A stretch of 64,000 nt of DNA, taken from NCBI GenBank assembly GCA_964016885.1, contig OZ024740.1:377456001-377520000 (forward strand), in the 5' to 3' direction. The translations under genes and the position numbers were made by a program. This DNA is from Eledone cirrhosa (taxonomy: Eukaryota). The notes under the pieces are model-generated. The model was not told the DNA's origin. It ran no database searches and saw only the letters and a list, made by a program, of their open reading frames with translations. Positions 28,260 through 46,239 of this stretch are shown piece after piece. Position 1 is the stretch's first letter; each line of letters opens with the position of its first letter.

Positions 28260-29290
28260 CTGTAATTTCTTTCATTTTTCATCGATGGAGATGATGGGCT
28301 GTCCTGGTATGTATTGTGCGGATCCGATTAAGAGACACCCATTGCTTTCTAGGGAGGTCAAAGCCGGCTTGGTTAGATGTGGAGTTCTGGACGAGGTCCT
28401 GTTTGGCAAATTTGGACTCATTCCATTATCTTCACAACTCTTCCTTCAGATCAAAGTCATTGTCCTAAAGGGTCTTCATTGATTTCCAGAATAGTTTGCG
28501 TGATCCAGGCACATGTTAGGAAGGTTTTCAGGTCTTTGTGGGTGGGCAGGTCGGGTGTGGACTTGGTAAAAAGTGCTGTTTTGCGGATCATCTACTGACG
28601 CCGCATGTGAGAAAGGGCTATATGAGAAAGGGTAGGCAGCCACTAAGTATGTGTAGATTTCAATGTGCCAGATACTATTCTCATTGCATAGTTGAAGCTG
28701 GTGTCAACGTGCTTGGCATGACAGCTCCTTGCCCATACCGATGAACAGTACTCTGCAAATGAGTGTACAAACGCTAAGCACGCAATTCGGAGTGTGTGCG
28801 CATCAGACCCTCAACTGTTTCCTGCCAAGTTGTGGAGGATCTTAATCCTAGTCTTGAGCTTTCCGACAACCCTCTTTAGATGCTCTCGAAAGGTCAGGCT
28901 GTGATCCAATGTTACGCCAAGATATTTGTGAGGTGTGGTTCATTCTTGACACGTCTACCGCCGAAGGAGACCTTGAGTTCCGTCCAAGCTTGTCTGGTGC
29001 TGAAATGGAAGACTGTGTCACAGTCGTCCTGCTTGGATTGGGCCGACGAAGACGCCAATAGTAGTCCTCCATCTTTTTTAGGTCTTCTGTGAGTGTAGAT
29101 TTTCTCAAAGTCAATAGATTGGGTAGCCAAGGCAAGGTCATCTGCATATGCAAATTTCCTTGAAGTTGTCCTGGGCATATCACTCACGAGGATGTTAAAG
29201 AGCATTCGTGCCAAGACGGAACATTTGGGAAAGCTATCATTCAGAGTTCTGGTTGAGTTTGTTTGATCTCCTAGTGACACTCTGAACCTT
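28260..29290 (-). pseudogene. Frameshifted LINE RT 3' portion, RTEX-like
   Basis: LFNILVSDMPRTTSRKFAYADDLALATQS...LTEDLKKMEDYYWRL..PNPSRT across frames. Confidence 0.75.
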
Positions 29291-29507
29291 TATGTTTGAT
29301 TTAGATAAGCGCTATTGTCCCTATACATTAGAACGAGACTATTGTCGTAGTTCGGTTTTGAGAATAGAACTAACCACAGAACTAATTTCTTTTCGTGGTT
29401 TATGTAATTTCACATGTATATATATTATGTAAATATATGCCTTAATGTTAATGTGTGTATATATATAAATATATATGTGTGTGTATATATATATATGTAT
29501 ATATATG

Positions 29508-29547
<40 letters not shown>

Positions 29548-29889
29548 TACATATATATTTATATATATATATATACATATATATTTATATATATATATAT
29601 ATATTTATATATATACACACATTAACATTAAGGCATATATTTACATAATATATATACATGTGAAATTACATAAACCACGAAAAGAAATTAGTTCTGTGGT
29701 TAGTTCTATTCTCAAAACCGAACTACGACAATAGTCTCGTTCTAATGTATAGGGACAATAGCGCTTATCTAAATCAAACATAAAGGTTCAGAGTGTCACT
29801 AGGAGATCAAACAAACTCAACCAGAACTCTGAATGATAGCTTTCCCAAATGTTCCGTCTTGGCACGAATGCTCTTTAACATCCTCGTGA

Positions 29890-29890
<1 letters not shown>
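29188..29890. repeat. Inverted duplication (~270 bp arms) centred on a TA tract
   Basis: 29188-29456 is the reverse complement of ~29617-29890 and includes part of the old LINE. Confidence 0.9.
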
Positions 29891-31173
<1,283 letters not shown>

Positions 31174-32121
31174 CTAAGGCGGGTAAAATTCCCGAGATCC
31201 ATGGACGAGTTCTCTCCAGCGGTCTCTGTCCCTCATTATCGCTGCCATATCCTGCATCTCCAGCAGACCAGTGTCTGTCCTTAGGGCATCAACATATGTT
31301 AATCTTGGTCTTCCTCTTCTAGTGTGTCCATGTAGGGGCTCCCAAAGGAGCACTGAGTGCAATGTCAACTCCGGATGTCGGTGAGCATGTCCAGCCAACC
31401 TCAGTCTCCTCTGTGTCACTTTTGAGCTGACTCTTGGGATGCTCCCATACAGCTCTGAGTTTTTCATCCTCAGTGTATACTGATTAATGTTCAGAGCCAT
31501 CCTCAACATTCTCGTGTAGCACCCATCCACCATCTGAGTGAGTTTCTTGGTCAGTGTCCAAGTCTCAGACCCATACAGCAGCACAGACTCCACTACAGCA
31601 ATGAAGAGGCGGATTTTCAGGTCTCTACGAAGGTCCGACTTCCACACCGATCTCAAGCTGTGGCACGCCGCCCAGGCCTTGCTCTTCCTCTCAACCACAT
31701 CATCCTCCGTATTCCCAATCTTTGCTCCCAAATACAGGAAGTCCTCAACCAATTCCAGCGGCTTCCCGCCTACATTAGTGATCCCCTCTGGCTTCTCAAT
31801 ATTCTCTACCAGATATTTTGTTTTAGTCTCATTCATTCTCAGCCCCACACTCATCGACACAGTCTCAACCTCCCGCATCAAATCCTCTGCCTCCTTCACT
31901 GTATTTGTCACCAAAACTATGTCGTCGGCAAACTCAGCATCCGATACCTTTTTCGCCCCAACTCTCCTGCTCTGAGCCGGTGCTACAGTAAAGCCAGAGT
32001 CCTGGTGTTTTTCCAGTGCAAGGCGCATACAATAGTCCACTACGATGATAAAAAGGTAGGGAGCCAATGTATCTCCCTGGAGCACTCCAGCCAGTATCTC
32101 AAAGAACTCTGTCATCCCATT
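31174..32121 (-). pseudogene. 5'-truncated RTE-clade LINE (RT C-terminal half, open frame) inserted in (TA)n; short 3' fragment of the same family at 57200-57358
   Basis: [53 protein letters not shown]. The stop codon abuts the TA tract at both loci. Confidence 0.9.
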
Positions 32122-32124
32122 ATT

Positions 32125-33089
<965 letters not shown>

Positions 33090-33138
33090 TGTATCTGTGT
33101 TTCTATATATGTATATATGTATATATATATATATATAT

Positions 33139-33254
<116 letters not shown>

Positions 33255-33259
33255 GTATA

Positions 33260-33326
<67 letters not shown>

Positions 33327-33411
33327 GTATATATATATATGTATATATATATATGTATATATATATATGTATATATATATATGTATATATATATATGTAT
33401 ATATATATATG

Positions 33412-33655
<244 letters not shown>

Positions 33656-33682
33656 GTATATATATATGTATATATATATATG

Positions 33683-33716
<34 letters not shown>

Positions 33717-33742
33717 TATATGTATATGTATATATATATATG

Positions 33743-33799
<57 letters not shown>

Positions 33800-33800
33800 G

Positions 33801-33855
<55 letters not shown>

Positions 33856-33868
33856 GTATATATATATG

Positions 33869-33933
<65 letters not shown>

Positions 33934-33948
33934 GTATATATATATATG

Positions 33949-33995
<47 letters not shown>

Positions 33996-34082
33996 GTATA
34001 TATATATATGTATATATATGTATATATATATATATGTATATATATATATGTGTATATATATATATGTATATATATATATATG

Positions 34083-34131
<49 letters not shown>

Positions 34132-34227
34132 GTATATATATGTATATATATATATATGTATATATATATATGTATATATATGTATATATATATATATGTA
34201 TATATATATATGTATATATATATATAT

Positions 34228-35897
<1,670 letters not shown>

Positions 35898-35929
35898 TAT
35901 GTATATGTATATGTATATATATATATATG

Positions 35930-36010
<81 letters not shown>

Positions 36011-36057
36011 ATATATATATATATATGTATGTATATATGTATATATATATATATATA

Positions 36058-36116
<59 letters not shown>

Positions 36117-36195
36117 AGGTGCATCTTCAATTATTTATTAATATTTTTATGTATATAGCACTCTCTGTGCCCCTTATAACCATCATCAAGAAACC

Positions 36196-37255
36196 ATGCT
36201 GACCAAACTCGACCTTGATATTTCCTTGAAGAACATCCCTATCCCTCCAAGGAAACTATACTTAAAAACACTCATCAGACGTACCGACGAGTTCATCAAG
36301 CGAATTAGATGGAGGGCCTTCTTCCTCGACAACCCTGATGTAGCATCTACCAATGATGAGAAGTTCGGCTTCAAAACGAATAAGACACCACCCACCAACA
36401 GCCTACTCCAACCATTTGAAGAAGACCTCTTCAAGATGATCAAGGATATTAAATTCCGTAGAGCCACCACACCGTTCCAGGCCTACTTAAATGCCGAATT
36501 ACGGAAAATAAAAAAATCCCCTAATCTTTATGTCTCCTCCGATAAAACCAAAAACGTTTATGAGGTAGACCCACAGACCTACAATAAGCTGGCAAAAAAT
36601 ACCATCACGACCACCTACAAAAAGGTAATAGAGAGGGCGCTGACTGAGACAAACGCGGCCGGAAAAGAAATCGCCAAGTCCCTTAAATTACATGACCGAA
36701 CCGAACCTTTAAGGGTAAAGACCCCGCACTTTACCCTGAGGGACCATAAGGGAGATTTCCTCAACAAACCATCAGTCAGACTTATCAACCCCACTCGTTC
36801 TGACATCGGCTCTATCAGTAAGAAGATCCTGGATAGAGTTCTACCATCATTGCGGGCAGCCTCACCACTTCCACTCTGGAGTAGAACATCTGAGGCAATA
36901 TCATGGTTCCAAGAATTACCCGATAAACACCACACTCGCTTCCTGCAACTCGACATAGAAAACTACTATGCCTCTATCTCGGAGCCCCTCCTGAAGGACG
37001 CAATTAACTTTGCCAGGAATTTTACCACCATTACCGATGCTGAGCAAGTTATTATCCTCCACGCTCGTAAGACCTTTCTATACCACGATGGATCTTACTG
37101 GATCAACAAGAAATCTCAGACCCCATTTGACGTTAGCATGGGGGCGAGCGACTCGGCTGAAATTAGCGATCTTGTGGGCCTGTACATCCTACATAACCTG
37201 AAGAACCTCTTTACCGGCCTAACTGGGGGTTTATACCGAGACGACGGCCTCTTCG

Positions 37256-37260
<5 letters not shown>
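36196..37260 (+). pseudogene. Second Naiad-like PLE: N-terminus through the RT YRDD motif, cut off by (TA)n
   Basis: SLKNIPIP, RWRAFF, SDKT, QLDIENYYASI, MGASDS, GLYRDD; collinear with the 820 aa ORF. Confidence 0.9.
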
Positions 37261-37299
<39 letters not shown>

Positions 37300-37569
37300 T
37301 AAAGTCGTTTGGAAGCCTCGACAATGCAAATGGGTAAATCTCCGGGTAACAAGGTCCGGTGGTTGAGAGAGAGATGTAAGTCGGTGAACGTTGAGATGCG
37401 TGTTGTGTATAAGTTGTGTGAGATGTGTAGAATGAAGGGAAGAGTATAAAGGATAAAATTAAAATAACAACACAAGAGAGAGTTACCTTGGGAGAGATTT
37501 AATAGTCCCCATATATTTCGGATTCGCATCCATCAACTGGGTTATTTTCCGGGGTCAGGGAAAAGGTTG

Positions 37570-37681
37570 TCTGTCGGACAAGTGCGGAACGCGTCCTTCG
37601 CTGTTTGTTGTTTTAAATATTAGATATTAGATATTTAAAACAACAAACAGCGAAGGACGCGTTCCGCACTTGTCCGACAGA
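37570..37681. repeat. Perfect ~50 bp-arm hairpin ending a TA-flanked insert (37298-37695)
   Basis: CTGTCGGACAAGTGCGGAACGCG...CGCGTTCCGCACTTGTCCGACAG. Confidence 0.9.
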
Positions 37682-37781
37682 AGCCATTTCTATATTAAAT
37701 ATATATATATGTATGTATATATATATATATATGTATATGTATGTATATATATATGTATGTATATATATATATATGTATATG

Positions 37782-37868
<87 letters not shown>

Positions 37869-38039
37869 GTATATATATGTATATATATGTATGTATATAT
37901 ATGTATATATATGTATGTATATATATGTATATATATGTATATATATATATATATATATATTTATGTATATATATGTATATATATATATGTATGTATATAT
38001 ATGTATATGTATATATATATATATGTATATATATGAAAA

Positions 38040-39172
38040 CAGGGAGAAAAAGACGATTATTAGGAAGAAAAAAAAATGTTTCCCTTTTTATTTCTCTCTC
38101 TCTTTTTTCTGGATTAGAAAATGATTAAAACGAAATATTTTACTTTGTGTGAAGTGTCAAGGTATTAGTTGATTTATTTATTAATTAACAATGGCATTTA
38201 TTTATTTATTTATTTATATATTTAATAATTGTCTATTACCTGTTTCAGCATTTTTATGCATTATCAAATGATAATAATATGCATTGGTGTAGAATGGTGC
38301 TGTTGGACATGTTAAAGAAATGGTGCAGAAAGAATAATGTTATTTACAAACAAGGTTTATGAAGTGAAAAAAAAAAAGAAAAATAGAAGCGTAATGTGGA
38401 GCATAATAGGCCAATGTGAGAGAAAAAATAATGTTATTTACAGGCATAATTCTTGAAGATAAGTAGATCAAAATGTGTTAGTATAGCAAGAGTGCTTAGT
38501 TGATCCATGATGGATGCAAATGGTGGACTGGGCTTTGATATGATTTCCCTTTTTAGAGTGTTAATATGCAGGGGGAGGTAATTCATGCTGGATGATATTT
38601 AATTTATTTAAGAAAAAGGATTAGGTAAGGTGTGAGGGACGTAACTCTTTAGAGAGACATAGGTATTTGTAAATGTTTGATTGTTCGTTCCAGTTTTAGT
38701 TTAGTCCGAAGCTTAGTACATTAAGTAGAGGTTGGAATTTGTTAATGAAATACGTTTCCTTATTGGTACGATGGATGAAAATAGCGTTGTCTATGAATTT
38801 GTAAATGGGGAAAATGTTAAAGTTTGGATGTTGGTTGGGTGCACAATTGGCGATATGTTCACTAAATGCAATCTTTCTGTATTACTGTATTTTGATTTGT
38901 GATTTATGGACGGTCATACGTTGTCGGAGGCTGTTTTTTATCTGTCCTATGTAGTGCTCTTGACAAACTGAGCAGGTCAAAACATAGAATAGGTTTTCAG
39001 ATGCACATGTAAAGTTGTGTTTAACTGTGAAATGTTGTCCTTGTTTAAAATGGAATGTTGAACCTTCTATTAGATTTATGCATATGCCACAGTTGGGCCT
39101 TCCGCATTTTGTTACTGTAGGGTTCATTGTGAGGGTTTGTTGGATTTTGGCTTGTGTGACCAGTTGCAACAT
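38040..39172 (-). pseudogene. 3' end of a Neptune-like PLE: zinc finger + GIY-YIG (38700-39172, disrupted), 3' UTR and a probable U3-A8 HHR at 38229-38275
   Basis: KCGRPNCGIC, FTCASENLFYVLTCSVCQEHYIGQ..LRQRMTVHKSQI, then SEHI..C...KETYFINKFQPLLN. HHR: TTGATAA-TGCAT aaaa ATGCT-GAAA-CAGG-TA, with weak stem I. Confidence 0.8.
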
Positions 39173-39403
39173 ATATATCTATGACTTTATGTATATGTAA
39201 ACCTTTATATTTAATAATCTCCCGTTAGGTTGAGATACAATTGGGCGATATTTGGCTGCGCTTTCTAGCAACAAGCCTACCCGCCGTAAGCAACTAATCA
39301 CATTCTTTCTAACTTGACCACTGCCACGTCACGATTCTTAGCCATTTTTTAATCTATTTTTGGCGCGATCACTTTGGAAAATTAAATGTCTAATTTTGAG
39401 TTT

Positions 39404-39478
39404 TCTCCTGATGAGTCTGTTACACTGGATATCCTGATAATTGGATGTCTAAAAATACGGACGAAACCATGGTAGAGA
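39404..39478 (+). ncRNA. Canonical type I HHR with extended stem II
   Basis: TCTC-CTGATGA-GTCTGT..GGATATCC..GGATGTCT..ACGGAC-GAAA-CCATGG-TA-GAGA; stem III is the palindrome ACCATGGT. Confidence 0.88.
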
Positions 39479-39896
39479 TATAATTACGGTATGTACACAT
39501 TTCTTCTAAGTTTGAATTTACACCTAATTGTGTATGGTTGACGGTATATTTAGTCAGTTTCTACATGCTGTTGAAATGTTGGATAAATACTCTATTGGGG
39601 CCACCGCGAAGAGGCCGCTTTCGGTTATTTGTCGGAAATTTCTTCATAGGAGCCTTTATTGTTATAACCTGGTCTAATTGATTTTTTATATGGTTAATTA
39701 TGCTAATTGGGAGAGGAAATGGTATATATTTTATCTAATAATTCTAAGGACATGATTTATGATATATATATACGGCAAATATTGATGCAATTCAAATCAA
39801 GCACTCGACGCATTTTTTCCACATAGGAAAAACGGAGTATATTTAGAATGAGAAAATGCGAAGTAGTTTCAGATGTTAAAGTCATTTATTAGTAAT

Positions 39897-39964
39897 GCTG
39901 AGATACATATTTCAATTACGACAGTGGCCACACGATTCCCAGTGCCGTGACATCATCAGACAGC
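39897..39964 (-). ncRNA. HHR-like motif inside an element with ~50 bp inverted tails (39845-39896 and 40022-40073)
   Basis: GCTGT-CTGATGA-..ACGGCACTGG...CCACTGTCGT..-GAAA-TATG-TA-TCTCAGC. Confidence 0.6.
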
Positions 39965-40083
39965 TTCTTATATAATAAGGTTACGTTCCCAAGGCCATCC
40001 AAACAGAAACGACATTGAAATATTACCAATAAAGGACTGTAACATCTGAAACTGTTTCGCATTTTCTCATTCTACACACACAT

Positions 40084-40147
<64 letters not shown>

Positions 40148-40151
40148 AGAT

Positions 40152-40199
<48 letters not shown>

Positions 40200-41092
40200 T
40201 CTTTGCACGCATTTACACGTATGTGGGTGTAACTTTATCTCTGTGTGTTTCTGTTAACAGAGAATGTGTTTCTATGTGTATGTGAGACAGAGAGAGAGAG
40301 AGAGAAAGGGAATGGGGAAGAAAGAGTAAGGGAGTGTATGTGTATTGTCATTGAGGCCTAAATTTATGAAATAAGTAAAACTATTTCAATAAATCACGAA
40401 CAATCTTGTCGTCTAATCAATTCCACTCAATCACATATGACACTATGGAAAAGCAATAAATATATTTAACGGTTAAAACACTATTGAAAGTTAATTTATA
40501 TATAATATAAAAGAGAGATGTTTTTTGACTTGCTGGTTGGTTTGTTGGTTGGTTGAAAACTACACATACGCGCGCGCGCGCACACACACACAAATGCATA
40601 CACACACATCTAAAGAGTAAGACAGGGAGAGAGAGAGGCAGAAATAGAGAGATAGGCTGCTATACAAAGATACATACAATTAAAGTGTTAAATATTCAGA
40701 GATAGAGTTACGTCCCACAAAAGTCTAGAATCGGCTTAAACTATACATACTTTGATCTATAGGAAGGTTTAACAATATTGCGTTAGCTTTTATAAAGTCG
40801 TTTTATAGTCAGTGATTTTTTAGAACAAAGAAAAATTGCTACTATTTGAAATTAATCTACTCTCCAGCTGTTATCCATATATACTACTGTACTTACAGGC
40901 CGTACTAACGAAGCAACACTTCAGAAGCAATGTTATGCGGTACATTGCTACCTTTCAGATGACGTCTTTGGAGCTGAAAAAGATAATACTGAAGATGGTT
41001 ATTTCACAACATTTAAAATCCAAGGCCAATTTAATCGGCAGTTTACTCCCCCAGCCTAATAAGGAAGTTTTATTATTGTTTTTGTTTATGTT

Positions 41093-41170
<78 letters not shown>

Positions 41171-41517
41171 TACGGTCACACCTCATATCAGACAGCACAT
41201 CCAATACAATCGTTTTCTCTTTTATCTGTTTTCTCTTAGCTATTCTCCAGGGCGAATCCGGGTACCTCAACTAGTATAATATAAATGATAGTGTATGATA
41301 TCCTTTCCTTACTATACATGTACATTACCATTCGGTAAACGTTCAGTCCCACACGAAAACGTCATCAAATCAGAAGACACCGTTTTCTAGCTTACTGCCA
41401 ATCTTGGACACCAGAAATGTGAATGTCAGTTTTAAGTAGAGTGAATACCAATCCCAGAATAGGATATATTTCTGGGACTTCGACATAAACAAATCTCAGC
41501 ATAATACGTTAAGAGTT

Positions 41518-41647
<130 letters not shown>

Positions 41648-41826
41648 GGAGCTTCCAACATAAATGGTCGCATTCTTTAAGGGTATGTCAATATTTATTT
41701 ATAAAACTGATCTATATTATATTTTATCTGATGAAAGCGCACCATAATTTGACTTGGTGTCCTTGAAATATGTATAATGAAATAAATATGGTTTTATAAA
41801 TATAGTTTCCATTTGTTAATATATTG

Positions 41827-41907
<81 letters not shown>

Positions 41908-41914
<7 letters not shown>

Positions 41915-43050
41915 CGTAAAATAAGAAAAAAAATTTTTTTTTTTTTAATTTTTAAAAAAAATTTTAACTTACTTAAATTTTCACTCCAACTAATTAGTTT
42001 CTGCAATGGGATAAAGACAGTTACGTAATCTAACTGTCGAGAATTCATTGCGTCATCAGGGAGTCTATTCTCAGCTAAGTCTCCAGGCAATGCGCGGACA
42101 CTGGCGGCTCATATAAAAATAATAATAATTCGGTAGATGGAACAGCTAGCGGGGACTGAATTCTATGCACTGAAATCCTCACTGCCTCTAGTCAAATGGC
42201 CGATTCTAAAGAATCAATCACGTGACACAGAGGCTAGTCAGTAGGAATGGGATGGTAAGATGACAGACGCCTACTAACACCCCCCAAAAAATGTTAGAAG
42301 TGGTTTTGGCAGGTTTGCTCGACAAATCAGTGATTTGGAGATAAATATAGATAATTTAATATATCAACTAACATAAGCGCACAGATGTACGCTAATGCCA
42401 GCAAATACACAGGTTATGTCATAGTACCTAGGTGGTTCAATGCAGGAGGATGCAGAACAATAATATAAAAGACGTAAAATAAGAAACATTTTTTTTTTTT
42501 TTTTTTAAGCTTTTTTTTTAAATTTTAACTTACTTAAATTTGCACTCCAACTAATTAGTTTCTGCAATGGGATAAAGACAGTTACGTAATCTAACTGTCG
42601 AGAATTCATTGCGTCATCAGGGAGTCTATTCTCAGCTAAGTCTCCAGGCAATGCGCGGACACTGGCGGCTCATATAAAAATAATAATAATTCGGTAGATG
42701 GAACAGCTAGCGGGGACTAAATTCCATGCACTGAAATCCTCACTGCCTCTAGTCAAATGGCCGATTCTAAAGAATCAATCACGTGACACAGAGGCTAGTC
42801 AGTAGGAATGGGATGGTAAGATGACAGACGCCTACTAACACCCCCCAAAAAATGTTAGAAGTGGTTTTGGCAGGTTTGCTCGACAAATCAGTGATTTGGA
42901 GATAAATATAGATAATTTAATATATCAACTAACATAAGCGCACAGATGTACGCTAATGCCAGCAAATACACAGGTTATGTCATAGTACCTAGGTGGTTCA
43001 ATGCAGGAGGATGCAGAACAATAATATAAAAGACGTAAAATAAGAAACAG

Positions 43051-43081
<31 letters not shown>

Positions 43082-44371
43082 TTTTTTAAATTTTAACTTA
43101 CTTACTTAAATTTGCACTCCAACTAATTAGTTTCTGCAATGGGATAAAGACAGTTACGTAATCTAACTGTCGAGAATTCATTGCGTCATCAGGGAGTCTA
43201 TTCTCAGCTAAGTCTCCAGGCAATGCGCGGACACTGGCGGCTCATATAAAAATAATAATAATTCGGTAGATGGAACAGCTAGCGGGGACTAAATTCCATG
43301 CACTGAAATCCTCACTGCCTCTAGTCAAATGGCCGATTCTAAAGAATCAATCACGTGACACAGAGGCTAGTCAGTAGGAATGGGATGGTAAGATGACAGA
43401 CGCCTACTAACACCCCCCAAAAAAATTTTAGAAGTGGTTTTGGCAGGTTTGCTCGACAAATCAGTGATTTGGAGATAAATATAGATAATTTAATATATCA
43501 ACTAACATAAGCGCACAGATGTACGCTAATGCCAGCAAATACACAGGTTATGTCATAGTACCTAGTTGGTTCAATGCAGGAGGATGCAGAACAATAATAT
43601 AAAAGACGTAAAATAAGTAAATTTTTTTTTTTTTTTTTTTTTTAAGTTTTTTTAAAAAATTTTAACTTTCTTACTTAAATTTTTTTAAAAAACTTTAATT
43701 TTTTTAAAAAACTATTTTAAAAAAAAAAAAAAATTTACTTAATTTTTTTTAAAAAATTTTAACTTACTTAAATTTTTTTTAAAAACTTACTTAAATTTAT
43801 TTTAAAAACTTTTTAAAAAAAAAAAAAATTTACTTAAAAAAACTTACTTAAATTTACTTAAAAAAACTTACTTAAATTTACTTAAAAAAATTTAAATTTT
43901 TTTTTTTTTTTTTTTTTTTAAATTTACTTAAAAAAACTTACTTAAATTTACTTAAAAAACTTACTTACTTAAATTTACTTAAAAAAACTTACTTAAATTT
44001 ACTTAAAAAAACTTACTTAAATTTACTTAAAAAAACTTACTTAAATTTACTTAAAAAAACTTACTTAAATTTTTTTTAAAAACTTTTTAAAAAAAGAAAA
44101 AAAATTTACTTACTTAAATTTTTTTTTTAAATTTTAACTTACTTAAATTTTTTTTTAAAAATTAAATTAGTTGGAGTGAAAATTTAAGTAAGTAAGTTAA
44201 AATTTTTTTTAAAAACTTTAAAAGAAAAAAAAAAAATTTCTTATTTTACGTCTTTTATATTATTGTTCTGCATCCTCCTGCATTGAACCACCTGGGTACT
44301 ATGACATAACCTGTGTATTTGCTGGCATTAGCGTACATCTGTGCGCTTATGTTAGTTGATATATTAAATTA

Positions 44372-44376
<5 letters not shown>
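41908..44376 (-). mobile_element. Retrozyme-like tandem array: three ~560-570 bp units, a partial fourth, a scrambled junction and an inverted partial copy
   Basis: Units start AAAAGACGTAAAATAAG near 41908, 42467, 43028 and 43601. The inverted copy is at 44166-44376. TA-flanked, with no real ORF. Confidence 0.88.
41983..42064 (-). ncRNA. Type I HHR, one per unit (also 42544-42625 and 43116-43197)
   Basis: ACTCC-CTGATGA-CGCAATG..GACAGTTA gattacg TAACTGTC..CATTGCA-GAAA-CTAATTAG-TT-GGAGT; stem III is palindromic. Confidence 0.9.
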
Positions 44377-44412
<36 letters not shown>

Positions 44413-44423
44413 TTAATATAGAT

Positions 44424-44476
44424 GAGATTCTACAGGACTAGAACTGTTTCATTCTTTAGAAATCATCAGGAATCTC
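44424..44476 (-). ncRNA. Type I HHR, family E, within a palindrome at 44410-44527 (decayed copy at 16498-16550)
   Basis: GAGATTC-CTGATGA-TTTC taaa GAAT-GAAA-CAG ttctagtc CTG-TA-GAATCTC; stem I is 7 bp. Confidence 0.82.
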
Positions 44477-44625
44477 TAAAGAATGAAACAGTTCTAGTCC
44501 TGTAGAATCTCATCTATATTAAAACTTTTATACTCTGCAATGTATTGAGTACCTTACTTACTGTGGTTACCTCCGATTCAACCCGGAATAACGTATATGT
44601 ATATATATATATATACATATATATA

Positions 44626-44677
<52 letters not shown>

Positions 44678-44681
44678 TATA

Positions 44682-44717
<36 letters not shown>

Positions 44718-44725
44718 AATATATA

Positions 44726-44760
<35 letters not shown>

Positions 44761-44767
44761 ATATATA

Positions 44768-44799
<32 letters not shown>

Positions 44800-44811
44800 A
44801 ATATATATATA

Positions 44812-44914
<103 letters not shown>

Positions 44915-45579
44915 CGAAGGAAATGTGGTAAGGAACCAGGTGGACCATAACGCACCAAAGTACTCAATACTTAGGGTAGTAGAGTGGGTAATAGGAACAA
45001 GTAAGGCCCCGACGGCTGAGCTCAAGCCGTTTCGACGGCTAATTCTGGACTGAATTAGCCGTCGAAACGGCTTGAGCTCAGCCGTCGGGGTCTTACTTGT
45101 TCCTATATATATATATATAAATATCGTTATACTTGGGGAGGGTCATATTTGTGTAATAATATTGCCAGAATTAATAACAGAACACACTCACTGTTTGGTT
45201 GGTTTTCGCTTCTGTATCTTTTATATCGGTTAATTTAATTTATTCGGTCCTCAATGTTACCATTGACTGACCAACGGTCAAAAATACAAATATAATAGTC
45301 TAACACAAATATATAGTCTAACAAAGTTCTTTCGTTGCACATCTGCATTCCTGGTCAGATATATATTCAATTAAGGTTAATAGTATGAAATAGATAGTGC
45401 AGGTCATTCTTAAATTGAGGAATTTATGTGGAGTGGTGATACTGAAATTTATGGTTAGAGTAGAAAATTTACAAATAAAAAGACTTATCTAGGTTGGCTT
45501 GCACGTACACTCAAACCCACCTCCACAGACACACACACACACATCCACTCATACAAAATGTGGGGTGGTAATACTTAAA

Positions 45580-45775
45580 ATAATTGTTTCTACTTTAGGC
45601 ACAAGGCCAGCAATTACCCAGTGCATTACTGGTACTTTATTTTATCGACCCCGTAAGGATGAAAGGCAAAGTCAACCTCGGCGGGATTTGAACTCAGATC
45701 GTAAAGGGACGGAACTATGCTGGAAAGCATGGCGTCCGACCCTCTACCGATACTGCCAATCCACCGACCATTAAT
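45580..45775 (-). mobile_element. tRNA-derived SINE with a Nin/Deu-like domain (copies at 51468-51650 +, 60130-60347 +, decayed near 23165-23300 +)
   Basis: CTGAGTTCAAATCCCGCCGAGG..ACTTTGCCTTTCATCCTTACGGGGTCGATAAAATAAAGTACCAG is shared by the copies. Confidence 0.8.
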
Positions 45776-46239
45776 AAAATAATGGTTAGAATCCAATACT
45801 TAGATAGTTTAGAAAATTTAGAAATAAAGGTTTATGCTGGTTGAAACACCTACCACCCTCAGACACTCACACATCTACACACACAAATCCATACAGGCGT
45901 GTATATATATGTATGCATGTATGTACGCACAAGTATATATATATATATATAAAATATATATATATACACTGAACATACATATATATAAAATATATATTTA
46001 TAAAATATATATATATATACATAAAATACACACATACATAAAATATATACACACATGAAACATACATACATATATATATATATAAAATACACATACATAT
46101 ACATATATATATAAAATATATACATATATATACATACATATTTATAAAATACACATATATACACATATAAAATATATAATATATATATACTATATATTTA
46201 TATATATACACATGATATATATATATATACATATATATA

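Noticed and set aside
37500-37545. Possible HHR on the minus strand (CAGTTGA-TGGATGCGAATCC-GAAA-TATATG)
   Set aside because: Two core mismatches and a G at the cleavage position; too weak to call.
43830-44070. Short regular repeats resembling a CRISPR array or telomere
   Set aside because: No unique spacers and no cas genes; the unit derives from adjacent element sequence.
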